Shown: positions 47,199 through 55,697 of the stretch, in pieces
Layout of the letters: each line of letters starts with the position of its first letter
Position numbering within the stretch: position 1 is the stretch's first letter
Source: an uncultured Slackia sp.
GTDB lineage: Bacteria > Actinomycetota > Coriobacteriia > Coriobacteriales > Eggerthellaceae
Reading direction: 5' to 3'
Assembly: GCF_944321625.1 (NCBI RefSeq)
Contig: NZ_CALUMA010000117.1
Location: 6,311-70,310 of the forward strand
Length of the DNA stretch: 64,000 nucleotides
Translations under genes and position numbers: made by a program
The notes under the pieces: model-generated
What the model was told of the DNA's origin: nothing
The model's database searches: none
What the model saw: only the letters and a program-made list of their open reading frames with translations

Positions 47199-48457
47199 GC
47201 ACCCCTCCCATCCAGCAAGGTGAGCGACATGTCGCAGGCGCTCTCGGTCAAATCGTCCAACATGCCGTCCACCCCGCGAGGAAGCGCAAGCCCGCGCCGC
47301 GCAAATTCTTCCTGGAGGTATGCAAGCCGCGCATCGTCTTGCGGCGCCACCATCTTCTCGGCCGATCGGATGAGCGCAGCGGGGAACAAACCCGCAGCTC
47401 GCAGGCCCTCTTTCTCCAGCGGCGGCGTGGTGGCGTTAATCAGGGCGTCGCAGTAGAACGCCGGGTAACTCTCGTTGAGCTCGGCGCGCATCTCCTCCAC
47501 CGTGCCGGGTCGCGCAAGCACGTCGTAGAGCTGCGTTGGGCCGCCGATGGTCACGCGGGCCACCATCTCCTCGCACTGGGCGGCGGCGTTGGCGTCGAAC
47601 ATCACGCGCACGCATGCGGCCAGGATGTCATCCACGCCAGCGCATCCGCTCACGTCCACGCACAGCTGCTCCCATTCCACCTGCGCGGTAGGGATGAATT
47701 CGAGCTTGTTGGGCAGACCTTCCTCGAGGGTGACTTTATAGCAGCCGCGGCTTCCCGTTTCCTTGATGTCGCGTCCTTGGATGCAGCCGCAGAACGCGAT
47801 GCGCGGATCGGTGCCGGGGGCCAGATAGCGCATGTGGATATGCCCCAGGGCCCAGTAGTCCATATCGGCGCTGAGCAGTCTGGACTCAGTGACGGGCGCC
47901 TTGAACGGGTCCATCCATAAGCCCGAATGCAGCATGCCGACGGCGAACGGAGCTTTGGAGCCGCAAGCCTGGGCGGCGGCCGCACGCGTCATGCCGTCCG
48001 CGATGGAGCCGTCGGATGCCTGATTGGAAAAGCCACGCGCGGCTATCAGGCACAACGGCGCGCCGTCGACATCGCGATGGAGGAAGAACTCCGGCGCATC
48101 GGAGCCGGCCATGCGCACGTTGCTTGGCAGCTGCGGGATGATGTCGTGCCAGTTGGGATACGGGTCATGGTTGCCCGGAATCATATATACAGGAATTCCC
48201 GCATCATGCAGACGCTCCAACCCGCGCATGAAGTGGCGCATGTGCGCATAGCTGGGTTTATCGGTGTCGAACATGTCGCCCGCGAGCAGCAGGAAGTCCA
48301 CGTGGTTGTCGAGGCATGCCTGAATGACGCGGTCATACGCTTCGGGAATGGCGCGCGCAAGACGCTGAGCCCACGCGGGCGAAAGCGCTCGCAGCCCGCG
48401 AAACGGCGCCCCCAAATGGAGGTCGCCCGAATGGATGAATGTTAGCTTTGCTCCCAT
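47195..48457 (-). CDS. metallophosphoesterase DNA-repair exonuclease (SbcD/YhaO-like)
   Basis: FIHSGDLHLG, LLAGDMFD, MIPGNHDP calcineurin-like motifs. Translationally coupled to the ATPase gene. Confidence 0.8.
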   Translation of the reverse strand: MGAKLTFIHSGDLHLGAPFRGLRALSPAWAQRLARAIPEAYDRVIQACLDNHVDFLLLAGDMFDTDKPSYAHMRHFMRGLERLHDAGIPVYMIPGNHDPYPNWHDIIPQLPSNVRMAGSDAPEFFLHRDVDGAPLCLIAARGFSNQASDGSIADGMTRAAAAQACGSKAPFAVGMLHSGLWMDPFKAPVTESRLLSADMDYWALGHIHMRYLAPGTDPRIAFCGCIQGRDIKETGSRGCYKVTLEEGLPNKLEFIPTAQVEWEQLCVDVSGCAGVDDILAACVRVMFDANAAAQCEEMVARVTIGGPTQLYDVLARPGTVEEMRAELNESYPAFYCDALINATTPPLEKEGLRAAGLFPAALIRSAEKMVAPQDDARLAYLQEEFARRGLALPRGVDGMLDDLTESACDMSLTLLDGRGA

Positions 48458-48632
48458 AAAGCGAGTGTATCACGGCGGCGCGCGCTCCGCGCCAATGTGC
48501 GGCGAACGCGTCAGAACTAACGGAGACGCGTCCTCCTTGGCTTACTATTCTAAATATTCAGACTAATGCATAATTGTTGAAGAGTATTCATATATTATCC
48601 AGTCGATAAAAGCGCTCTCCAAAAATGGGTCG

Positions 48633-48773
48633 AAAAATCGAGAATGTTTGTGCCGCGTCGCAGCATTCAGCCCCGAAATACCCCATATTCAGGGCGTCAA
48701 AGAGAGGATTTCCCGATAAACCCCTCCATGAGCCACCGTTTGCGTCATGCATACGCAAACATTCTCGATTTTT
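48633..48773. repeat. perfect 18-bp inverted repeats flanking 105 bp
   Basis: AAAAATCGAGAATGTTTG (48633-48650) and CAAACATTCTCGATTTTT (48756-48773). Confidence 0.9.
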
Positions 48774-48995
48774 TGTCCGTTGTTCAATCGGCCGAAGTAT
48801 CACGCTACTCCTCGCGTGCAAAAAGGTTCACCACGCCTAGGTCTACCATGCCCGCATGCACGGCATGCCCACGCAATGCCTCGCCTCAATCCACATCCCC
48901 ACTCCACCTGCGTAGCGGGTGGTTTCCCGCCCCTCGCTCCTTCAGCGCAGAGGGCAGGCGAAGCCAATAAAGGCTTATCGCATGTTCGACCTTGC

Positions 48996-50399
48996 TTACA
49001 GCTGCGAGGCGTCGATATAGTTGCCGAACTTGGTGTATTCGGGGTTGAAGGACAGCGTGATGTCGCGGGTGGCGCCGTTGCGGTGCTTGGCCACAATAAG
49101 CTCGGCGGTGCCCAGGTCAGGGCGACCCTCGCTTTCGGCCTCCACCTCGTCCATGCTTCGGTCGATGAACATGACGATGTCGGCGTCCTGCTCGATGGAG
49201 CCAGATTCACGCAGGTCGGAAAGCTGCGGACGCTTGGAGCCACGCATCTCGACAGCGCGGGAGAGCTGCGAAAGCGCGAGCAACGGCATATTGAGCTCTT
49301 TGGCGAGCACCTTGAGGCCTCGCGAAATCTCGGCGACCTCGACCGCGCGATTGCCGTCGCGACGGTTCGAAGGCGGCTGCATAAGCTGCAGGTAGTCGAC
49401 GATGATCAAGCCTTTTTTCTTGTCGCGCAGCTGGCGACGCGCTTTTGCGCGCATCTCCAGCAGCGTAAGACCAGGCGTGTCGTCGATATACAGCTCAAGG
49501 CCCGAAAGCGTGGCGGCAGCATTCATGATGGCGTTCCAGTCGCCTTCGGTGAGGTCACCCTGGCGCAGCTTGCCCAGATTCACGCGCGCCTCGGCGCACA
49601 GAATACGCTGGACCAGCTGGTTCGCGCCCATCTCCAAGCTGAACATGGCCACGGCGGCACCCGATTTGGCGGCGTTGGTGGCAAGGTTCAGCGCGAAAGA
49701 GGTCTTGCCTACGCCAGGGCGTGCGGCAAGAATCAGCAGGTCACCGCCGCGCAGGCCCCAGAACAGCCTATCCACATCGGCGAAGCCCGTGGGCACGCCA
49801 GCCATCTGGGCACGGTTGTTCACCAGTTCGTCAATCTCGTCGAATGCCTGGGTGAGAAGATCGGTGATGTTCTGGAACGAGGACGACACGCGCTTTTGCG
49901 TGACGTTGAACAGCATCTTCTCGGCTTCTTCGATGGTTTGGTTGGTGTCGTCGGGGGCGTCGTAGGCAAGCGCATTAATGTTGACGGAGGCATACACCAG
50001 GTCGCGCTGGACGCTGGTGCGTTTGACGATCTCAGTGTGGCTCTTCCAGTTAGTAAGCGCGAGCGTGTTATTGGCGAGCTCGACCAGGTAGGCGCGTCCG
50101 CCCACGGCCTCAAGCTGGCCCTCGGCGGCAAGACGCTCAGCGAGCGAAATCTGGTCAATGGGCACATGGCGCGTATTAAGCTCCAGCATGCCTTCGAAAA
50201 TACGCTGATGAGCGGGGCGGAAGAAGTTTTCCGGCGTGAGCTTGGTCGCCACCTCGTCGATGGCGTCAGGGTTCAGCATGCATGCAGCGAGCACCGACTT
50301 CTCGGCTTCGATGTTGCTGGGCAGCGGACGGCCGGTCGCGCTCTGAAGCTGCGTCGATTGTTGCTGGGACTGGTTGCGCCTATCGTTATTTTCCGCCAT
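48996..50399 (-). CDS. dnaB: replicative DNA helicase
   Basis: GGAGGA RBS. LPSNIEAEKSVLAACM N-domain. GVPTGFADVDRLFWGLRGGDLLILAARPGVGKTSFALN Walker A. No intein. Confidence 0.92.
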   Translation of the reverse strand: MAENNDRRNQSQQQSTQLQSATGRPLPSNIEAEKSVLAACMLNPDAIDEVATKLTPENFFRPAHQRIFEGMLELNTRHVPIDQISLAERLAAEGQLEAVGGRAYLVELANNTLALTNWKSHTEIVKRTSVQRDLVYASVNINALAYDAPDDTNQTIEEAEKMLFNVTQKRVSSSFQNITDLLTQAFDEIDELVNNRAQMAGVPTGFADVDRLFWGLRGGDLLILAARPGVGKTSFALNLATNAAKSGAAVAMFSLEMGANQLVQRILCAEARVNLGKLRQGDLTEGDWNAIMNAAATLSGLELYIDDTPGLTLLEMRAKARRQLRDKKKGLIIVDYLQLMQPPSNRRDGNRAVEVAEISRGLKVLAKELNMPLLALSQLSRAVEMRGSKRPQLSDLRESGSIEQDADIVMFIDRSMDEVEAESEGRPDLGTAELIVAKHRNGATRDITLSFNPEYTKFGNYIDASQL

Positions 50400-50579
50400 G
50401 GAAAGATTCCTCCGTGATGCAAGTTATAAGAGAGCTTGAACTCTGTCTCTCCCAAGATGGTTCAATGCGCCTCCGTTGCTGCTTGGACGCTGCAAGGTGA
50501 AGAGTGCTTTCTTGCAGTATCCATACACAAAGAAAGCGCCGGAGGTAGGTGATGACTCACCGTTCGGGCGCTTTGTTGG

Positions 50580-51005
50580 CTATAGATTATCAGACGCTTT
50601 GCCAATGTCAACGACTTTCCCTTTGCGGTTCACGAACAACACGCACTTCAGTCCCCGTACGCGCCCAGCGGCACATGTACGCACCTCGCGTTCAATAGCT
50701 GCATCAGGGACACCTTTCATACGGCGGCAGTCGAAGATAACATGTGGCGCCTGATTGAGCGCTTTACGGAGATTCTTCTCAACCGCTTTCATATTCGAAG
50801 CGGTTGGTGCCTTCATCTCCCATAGTTCACCTCTAATGATGCAGTCCGCCGACCGAGCCCTTTTCTCTTCGCTGCGGCGTACAAACTCTACGACATACCC
50901 CGCTTCCGCCAGAGCTTCTGCCGTCTTAAGCTCGTGTGGCCACACATTGATGCCCGGCGCAATAATGATCTTCCCCTTACCCTTGTCCATGAGCCGCGAC
51001 ACCAT
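50580..51005 (-). CDS. stand-alone PD-(D/E)xK-type nuclease-like protein (resembles CdiA-CT tRNase / Tox-REase domains)
   Basis: 141 aa. HELKTAEALAEAGYVVEFV...SADCIIRGELWEMKAP gives a D-x9-E-x-K restriction-endonuclease-like motif. The segment is AT-richer than the dnaB and rplI flanks. Confidence 0.55.
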   Translation of the reverse strand: MVSRLMDKGKGKIIIAPGINVWPHELKTAEALAEAGYVVEFVRRSEEKRARSADCIIRGELWEMKAPTASNMKAVEKNLRKALNQAPHVIFDCRRMKGVPDAAIEREVRTCAAGRVRGLKCVLFVNRKGKVVDIGKASDNL

Positions 51006-51032
51006 CCTTCCCAGCTTGACTACGAATATGCA

Positions 51033-51062
51033 AAAAGCCCCGCATAGAAATATGCGGGGCTT
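51033..51062 (-). terminator. rho-independent terminator after rplI
   Basis: Minus strand: AGCCCCGCATA-TTTC-TATGCGGGGCT followed by TTTTT. This separates rplI from the downstream PD-(D/E)xK gene. Confidence 0.75.
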
Positions 51063-51092
51063 TGGGTTCAGCGTATGCCTATGAGCGAAGTG

Positions 51093-51629
51093 CTATTCAG
51101 CGGCTTCCTCGGTGGCAGCCTCAACGGCCTCTTCGACAGCCTCGACGGCTTCCTCGGCCACGGGCTCCTCGACGGCCTCTTCCTTCTTGTCGCCGACGGT
51201 CAGAGCGAGCTCGACCTTGATGTCGCGATAGATGGAAAGGATCACGGTGTGAGCGCCAGCGGTCTTGATGGGAGCACCCATCTCAAGACGCTTGCGGTCG
51301 ATCTCGACGCCAGTCTCGGCCTTGACGGCAGCCTCAACCATGGCAGCGGTCACGGAGCCGAACAGGACGCCCTCTTCGCCAACCTTAGCCTCGACGAAGA
51401 TGGACTTGCCCTCCAGGGAGGCCTTCAGAGCCTGAGCGTCGGCGATGCGCTTCTCCTCGCGCTTGGCGATGTTGCCCTTGCGCTGCTCAAGCTGCTTCAG
51501 GTTGCCCTTGGTGGCCAGGATGGCCATCTTCTGAGGACCCAGGTAGTTGTTGTAGAAGCCAGGAGCCACGTCGACGACGTCACCTTCGCCGCCCTTGCCC
51601 CTTAGCTCGGTAAGCAGGATAACCTTCAT
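51093..51629 (-). CDS. rplI: 50S ribosomal protein L9 (with acidic Glu/Ala C-terminal extension)
   Basis: MKVILLTELRGKGGEGDVVDVAPGFYNNYL. Tail: EEAVEEPVAEEAVEAVEEAVEAATEEAAE. Confidence 0.9.
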   Translation of the reverse strand: MKVILLTELRGKGGEGDVVDVAPGFYNNYLGPQKMAILATKGNLKQLEQRKGNIAKREEKRIADAQALKASLEGKSIFVEAKVGEEGVLFGSVTAAMVEAAVKAETGVEIDRKRLEMGAPIKTAGAHTVILSIYRDIKVELALTVGDKKEEAVEEPVAEEAVEAVEEAVEAATEEAAE

Positions 51630-51639
51630 CGGTGCCTCC

Positions 51640-51900
51640 TTAGCGGTTGCGACGATCGCCGCGGCCGCTCACAGCAGGAACCGTGTAGGGCAGGAGCGCC
51701 ATCTCGCGGGCGTTCTTGATAGCGGTGGCAACGTCGCGCTGGTGCTGGACGCAAGCGCCCGTCACACGGCGGGGCTTGATCTTTCCGCGGTCAGTCATGT
51801 ACTTGCGCAGCATGGCCGTGTCTTTGTAGTCGACGTACTGCACGTCCTCCTTGCAGAACTGGCAGTACTTGCGGCGCGGCTGCTTGGTGTATTCAGCCAT
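51640..51900 (-). CDS. rpsR: 30S ribosomal protein S18
   Basis: [40 protein letters not shown]. Confidence 0.92.
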   Translation of the reverse strand: MAEYTKQPRRKYCQFCKEDVQYVDYKDTAMLRKYMTDRGKIKPRRVTGACVQHQRDVATAIKNAREMALLPYTVPAVSGRGDRRNR

Positions 51901-52003
51901 TTGATTTCCTCTCTTTGACGCCGCCCGGCGCCTGCCGGTGGCGTGTTGCGAAGCGCTTATTGGCTTCGATGCTTAATCCTTAATGCCGTATCGGATGAGC
52001 GGC

Positions 52004-52516
52004 TTAGAAGGGGATGTCCTCGTCGTAGACGGAGGTATCCACCTGGGGCGCTGCGGGAGCCTGGCGAGCCGGCTGGGGCGCGTATTGGGGCGCCTGCTGC
52101 ATCTGGGGAGCGCTGTAGCCTCCCTGATAGCCACCGGCGTTGTATCCGCCCTGGTAACCGCCGCCGAAACCGCCGTCGCCGTTTCCGCCACCGCGGCTCA
52201 TGAACTCAATCTCATCCACGACAACCTCGATCTTGGAACGCTTCTGGCCGTCGCGCTCCCACTGGGACCAACGAAGCTTGCCCTCGATGGCCACCTTGGA
52301 GCCCTTGCTCAGGAACTTGGCCACGCTCTCGGCGCGGGTGCCGAACATCGTGCAGTCGATGAAGTTCGGGTAGTCCTCCCACTCGCCGGTCTGCTGGTTG
52401 CGACGGCGATCGTTCACCGCAACGCCGAAGCCAAGGACCGGAAAGCCGTTGGCAGTGCTGCGCAGCTCAGGGTCGCGCGTGAGATTTCCCGATATGACCA
52501 CTTTGTTGATGCTCAT
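52004..52516 (-). CDS. ssb: single-stranded DNA-binding protein
   Basis: MSINKVVISGNLTRDPELR OB-fold, a Gly-rich linker and the acidic tip DEDIPF. Confidence 0.92.
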   Translation of the reverse strand: MSINKVVISGNLTRDPELRSTANGFPVLGFGVAVNDRRRNQQTGEWEDYPNFIDCTMFGTRAESVAKFLSKGSKVAIEGKLRWSQWERDGQKRSKIEVVVDEIEFMSRGGGNGDGGFGGGYQGGYNAGGYQGGYSAPQMQQAPQYAPQPARQAPAAPQVDTSVYDEDIPF

Positions 52517-52577
52517 TGTTCTTCCTCATTCCTTGAAGCATCTAAGAGCATTCGCTCAATCCGATGGGCGGCCGCAA

Positions 52578-52871
52578 TTAGTCGCGGTCGCTGCGGTGCA
52601 CGATCTTGTGGCGAACCACCGCGCCGGTGATGCGCAGCACGCGGTCGAGCTCCGCGATGTTGGCGGGATCAGCATGGAAATCGATGAGGGTGTAGTTGCC
52701 CTCGTTCAGGCCGTTGATCTCGTAGGCGAGCTTGCGCTTGCCCCAATCCTCGACGTTATCGATCTTGCCTTCGCCCTGGGCGATGGTGGTTTCGATACGC
52801 TTCATGGTTGCGAGACGGGTTTCGTCGTCAATGTTCGGTGCGACGAAGAACAGCAATTCATAAGCCTTCAT
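52578..52871 (-). CDS. rpsF: 30S ribosomal protein S6
   Basis: GGAGGTG RBS before MKAYELLFFVAPNIDDETR...KLAYEINGLNEGNY. Track start 52982 trimmed. Confidence 0.9.
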   Translation of the reverse strand: MKAYELLFFVAPNIDDETRLATMKRIETTIAQGEGKIDNVEDWGKRKLAYEINGLNEGNYTLIDFHADPANIAELDRVLRITGAVVRHKIVHRSDRD

Positions 52872-53464
52872 TATGTCACCTCCTCTGGACTTACGGTTCC
52901 GGGTCGCATGAAGGCATCTGCCCGGAACAGGAAACTTGCCCATAATAGCAGCACCTTCCCACCAGCGCAAACAGTATTTCAAGCATCCGCGGATGCGTCA
53001 CAACTTATTCACGATGCAGCGAAAGCGCATTGGGCGCGCCATCCGGCAAAAGGTCGCGCTCACGCAGATCGCGATTTAGGCTTTGCGATTGCGTCGACAC
53101 GCTGCGGCAATCGCAACCGCGTTGCGGTCATCGCATTTTGACGGAACGGCGCCGGCAAATGCGCTTTTCGCTTGAACACCATGCTAGCCTGAAAACCTTG
53201 CCAAACCCTTGCCAACGGCTTCTGTTTTTGCGGCGCAAACTATGCAGAATGGGTCGGAGCGCGTCTATGAAATCTTGCGGGATTGTCCCTTTCCCCTCGA
53301 AAGAAACTGCACAGGGGTTCCCTCAGTTCGTACGCAAAACCTTGCCGATTTCCCCTCAAAACCTTGCCGGTTTCTTGCGGGCATCACAATCCTCTCCGCT
53401 GAAGAATCACCATGCAACACATTGTGTTTCCCGCAACGCTGCAAACACACGCCTTCTCTCATGC

Positions 53465-53470
53465 TATAAT
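53465..53470 (+). promoter_or_regulatory. -10 box (TATAAT) for the NTase/HTH cassette
   Basis: A consensus TATAAT in a very AT-rich stretch 41 nt upstream of ATG 53511, with an AAGGTG RBS in between. Confidence 0.4.
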
Positions 53471-53510
53471 ATATATTATTATTGATGATGATTAATAATA
53501 AGGTGTTCTC

Positions 53511-54047
53511 ATGAATAAAGGTAATCTCGTTCACATTCTTGAGCTAATCGACGAAGAAGCGTCTTTATCACTTGAAAGTGTTACACCCGATAAAAAGCCC
53601 TGTGTAGTCATTGTTGGCGGAGGAGCATTTGTACTACGTGACCTCACATCACGCCCCTCCACCCATGACATAGACGTATTCATGGTCGATGAGCGTCTGC
53701 GTGAAATCATCTCCCACTATCCCGAAGTGAATGGAGCCGTCATGGCATACATGGATTCCATTCCCTACAACTTCGAAGACAGGCTCCTTGATATTCCCGT
53801 GAAAACAGCAACAGTGGCCTTCAAGACCCCGTCCATAGAAGACCTTGCAGTTATGAAACTGTATGGATGGAGGCCAAATGATATAGCTGACTTGACGAGC
53901 GAAGCATTTTTAGAACAGGTCAACTGGGATTTACTTGACTGTCTTGTTTATGACGATAACGAAGCCAAAGCGTCCGCCCTTTCTCCTCGCAGATATGAAG
54001 AGATGGTTTCTGTTTATGAGGAGTATCGCAAGGAGTACAGAAAATGA
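53511..54047 (+). CDS. minimal nucleotidyltransferase-fold protein (DUF6036/AbiEii-lite-like)
   Basis: VVIVGGGAFVLRDLTSRPSTHDIDVF resembles the G[GS]-x9-13-DxD NTase motif, and a later SIEDLAVMKLYGWRPNDIADL helix fits this family. AT-rich gene with its own TATAAT and an AAGGTG RBS. Family name is from memory. Confidence 0.6.
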   Translation: MNKGNLVHILELIDEEASLSLESVTPDKKPCVVIVGGGAFVLRDLTSRPSTHDIDVFMVDERLREIISHYPEVNGAVMAYMDSIPYNFEDRLLDIPVKTATVAFKTPSIEDLAVMKLYGWRPNDIADLTSEAFLEQVNWDLLDCLVYDDNEAKASALSPRRYEEMVSVYEEYRKEYRK

Positions 54048-54583
54048 ATTTAACGTTCAAGGGGTTTCTTAAATCGTATTGCAGAGAGCTGACCAGGCTT
54101 GAAACATCTAATCTCAAGAAGCTGCTTGCTGCGGCGCTGCACGATTCCCCGCGTGCGGCAGAAGCGGTCGTTCTTTACGCATCCGCCCAAAACAAGTTTT
54201 CGCATGTCACCTCCCTGGCCGGTGGAACATGGGTCGAACAGCTTTGTGAGGAGGCGCGCGCCGCAATAGGTCCGTCGCTACCGAACAGCGATAAGGCTCT
54301 TGCTGCGGTTTTTGGCCCCTTGCCCGATAACTCCCGCTTCAAGAAGGTGTGGCTGGCATACCAGGCAGCAAAACACGGTGTGGCCAATGAGCGCAGAATC
54401 GCCGGGCTCATGCGCGAAAAAACCGTTGCTGCGCTTCAGGCGTCAGGCGTAACGTGCTATAGGCTCTGCAAGGATCTTGGGCTCAACATGGGCAACGTGT
54501 ATGCGTATTTGAATAAAAACGATACCTCAAAAGTCAGCCTCGATACCGCACGTCGCATCATGAAGTATGCGCTTGATTCTTAA
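54044..54583 (+). CDS. hypothetical protein with C-terminal XRE-like helix-turn-helix
   Basis: The start overlaps the upstream stop (ATGA). The C-terminus GVTCYRLCKDLGLNMGNVYAYLNKNDTSKVSLDTARRIMKYA looks like an HTH_XRE. The roughly 120-aa N-terminal region is unrecognised. Confidence 0.55.
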   Translation: MNLTFKGFLKSYCRELTRLETSNLKKLLAAALHDSPRAAEAVVLYASAQNKFSHVTSLAGGTWVEQLCEEARAAIGPSLPNSDKALAAVFGPLPDNSRFKKVWLAYQAAKHGVANERRIAGLMREKTVAALQASGVTCYRLCKDLGLNMGNVYAYLNKNDTSKVSLDTARRIMKYALDS

Positions 54584-54632
54584 GGCGCAGTCAGCCGAGA
54601 CCGTTTCTAATAGCCCATTTACCCACACACAA

Positions 54633-54661
54633 AAGGCCGTCAGCTTTTGGCTGACGGCCTT
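54633..54661. terminator. bidirectional terminator between HTH gene and acidic-protein gene
   Basis: 12-bp stem AAGGCCGTCAGC / GCTGACGGCCTT, with T-rich sequence on both strands. Confidence 0.7.
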
Positions 54662-54803
54662 GTTGTTGATGGCGGAATGCCATTGCGAAGATTGCGCCCT
54701 GGATAACTGACGTGCATCTTCGCTTGGTTGGGGAAGCGCCCACGCCTACCGCGGCTTACGTCCCACGTCCTATCGGGGCCTGCGTCCCACGTCCTATCGA
54801 AGC

Positions 54804-55307
54804 CTACGCCTCGTCCTCCTCGGCGCCCTCGTCCTCAGCGGCCTCTTCGTCCTTGGCGACAGGCTCGGCATCGGCCAGGAAGTTATCGGTCTCGGCGATG
54901 TAGACGACCTCGTCATCGAAATCGGTGACGGCGCCCTCCTCGTCAACCGCGTACATCATGCCCACGGCCACGGCCTGCGCATCGCCCGCGACGCCGCCCT
55001 CGGCGATGATGGCGTCCTTGTCGCCCTCGTCGGTGTCGATGTAGCCGTCATAGCAGAACGCGTACAGGCGTGCGCCGGCAGCGTTGAGCACCGCATCGCG
55101 CGCGGAGTCGAAGCACTCGTCGATGGTGCCCTCGTGCGTCTCGGTGAACAGCTTGTCGCCCACCACGGCGGCGGTGAACGGCGGGAACACCTCGCCCTGC
55201 TCCATCTTGCCGCGCGCCTCCTCGATCACCTGGATGAGCAGCGATTCCAGCTCCTCGTCAATCTCGGGCACTTCCATAACTTCGTTTTCAACGGTGTTCT
55301 CGGACAT
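54804..55307 (-). CDS. hypothetical, extremely acidic 167-aa protein
   Basis: AAGGAG RBS before MSENTVENEVMEVPEIDEELESL, and it ends DEEAAEDEGAEEDEA. The track N-terminal extension to 55691 reads through a repeat element and is rejected. Confidence 0.6.
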   Translation of the reverse strand: MSENTVENEVMEVPEIDEELESLLIQVIEEARGKMEQGEVFPPFTAAVVGDKLFTETHEGTIDECFDSARDAVLNAAGARLYAFCYDGYIDTDEGDKDAIIAEGGVAGDAQAVAVGMMYAVDEEGAVTDFDDEVVYIAETDNFLADAEPVAKDEEAAEDEGAEEDEA

Positions 55308-55580
55308 CGATGACTCCTTACTGTTGGCGCTCGGCACCGCGATTGACCGCACTGCCGGCGAAACTTCATACCAGTTGCGTTCGCCTTCCAGCAAAGCAAC
55401 CTCGCGCTTCGGCGCGACCGCCTGGAGGGCTTTCAGCAAGTATATACGACCCCGCAACGAGTACGCCCGCCGCGCCCAATGAATCAGGAATTCTCGAAAG
55501 CCGGCAGCGCCCGTCGGCAACCTCATTACCCCTGACAACACTTGGGAAACCAACCGTCTCCGTTCCCTATCTCGAACACC

Positions 55581-55637
55581 TATATCGGAATTCCGATATA
55601 TATCTCGAAATTCCGATATATTTCCGAGATCTTTTCG
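55581..55637. repeat. 57-bp direct repeat copy A (contains 20-bp perfect palindrome TATATCGGAATTCCGATATA)
   Basis: Identical base for base to 57383-57439. A second, imperfect palindrome TATCTCGAAATTCCGATATA follows. Confidence 0.95.
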
Positions 55638-55697
55638 AGACAGACGGCGGTCTTTGCACGACCCATCGACGTAGCGCAGCAAATCCCTCAATTATTG

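Noticed and set aside
45027-48457. Metallophosphoesterase + Rad50-like ATPase pair considered as a defence system (Lamassu/Gabija-like).
   Set aside because: The motifs and the internal TM hairpin fit the widespread YhaO/YhaN (SbcCD-like) repair pair. Composition is native, and the genes sit among core genes (purA, dnaB).
130-50417. Many long ORFs in the supplied track lie antisense or out of frame to real genes. Examples: 130-1533(+), 12091-13707(+), 16651-17421(-), 18506-20518(+), 23690-25393(-), 27357-28790(+), 32954-33877(+), 40876-41904(+), 42412-43491(+), 43524-45026(+), 48747-50417(+).
   Set aside because: Their translations are Arg/Ala/Gly/His-rich low-complexity strings with no recognisable motifs. 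The overlapping frame on the other strand encodes clear homologs (purB, YdbT-like, asnB, murE, cydA, nagB, hemN-like, purD, purA, dnaB). This is a typical high-GC artefact.
54757-54804. Tandem 24-bp repeat (CGTCCCACGTCCTATCG...) just downstream of the acidic-protein gene stop.
   Set aside because: There are only two copies. It looks like a decayed duplication of the repetitive acidic 3' coding end, with no obvious function.
55308-55691. N-terminal extension of the acidic-protein ORF (track ORF 54804-55691).
   Set aside because: It reads straight through the 57-bp palindromic repeat (…ISEFRDIYRNSDIGV…), which gives the same peptide in the unrelated copy at 57.4 kb. A strong AAGGAG RBS precedes the internal MSENTV start.
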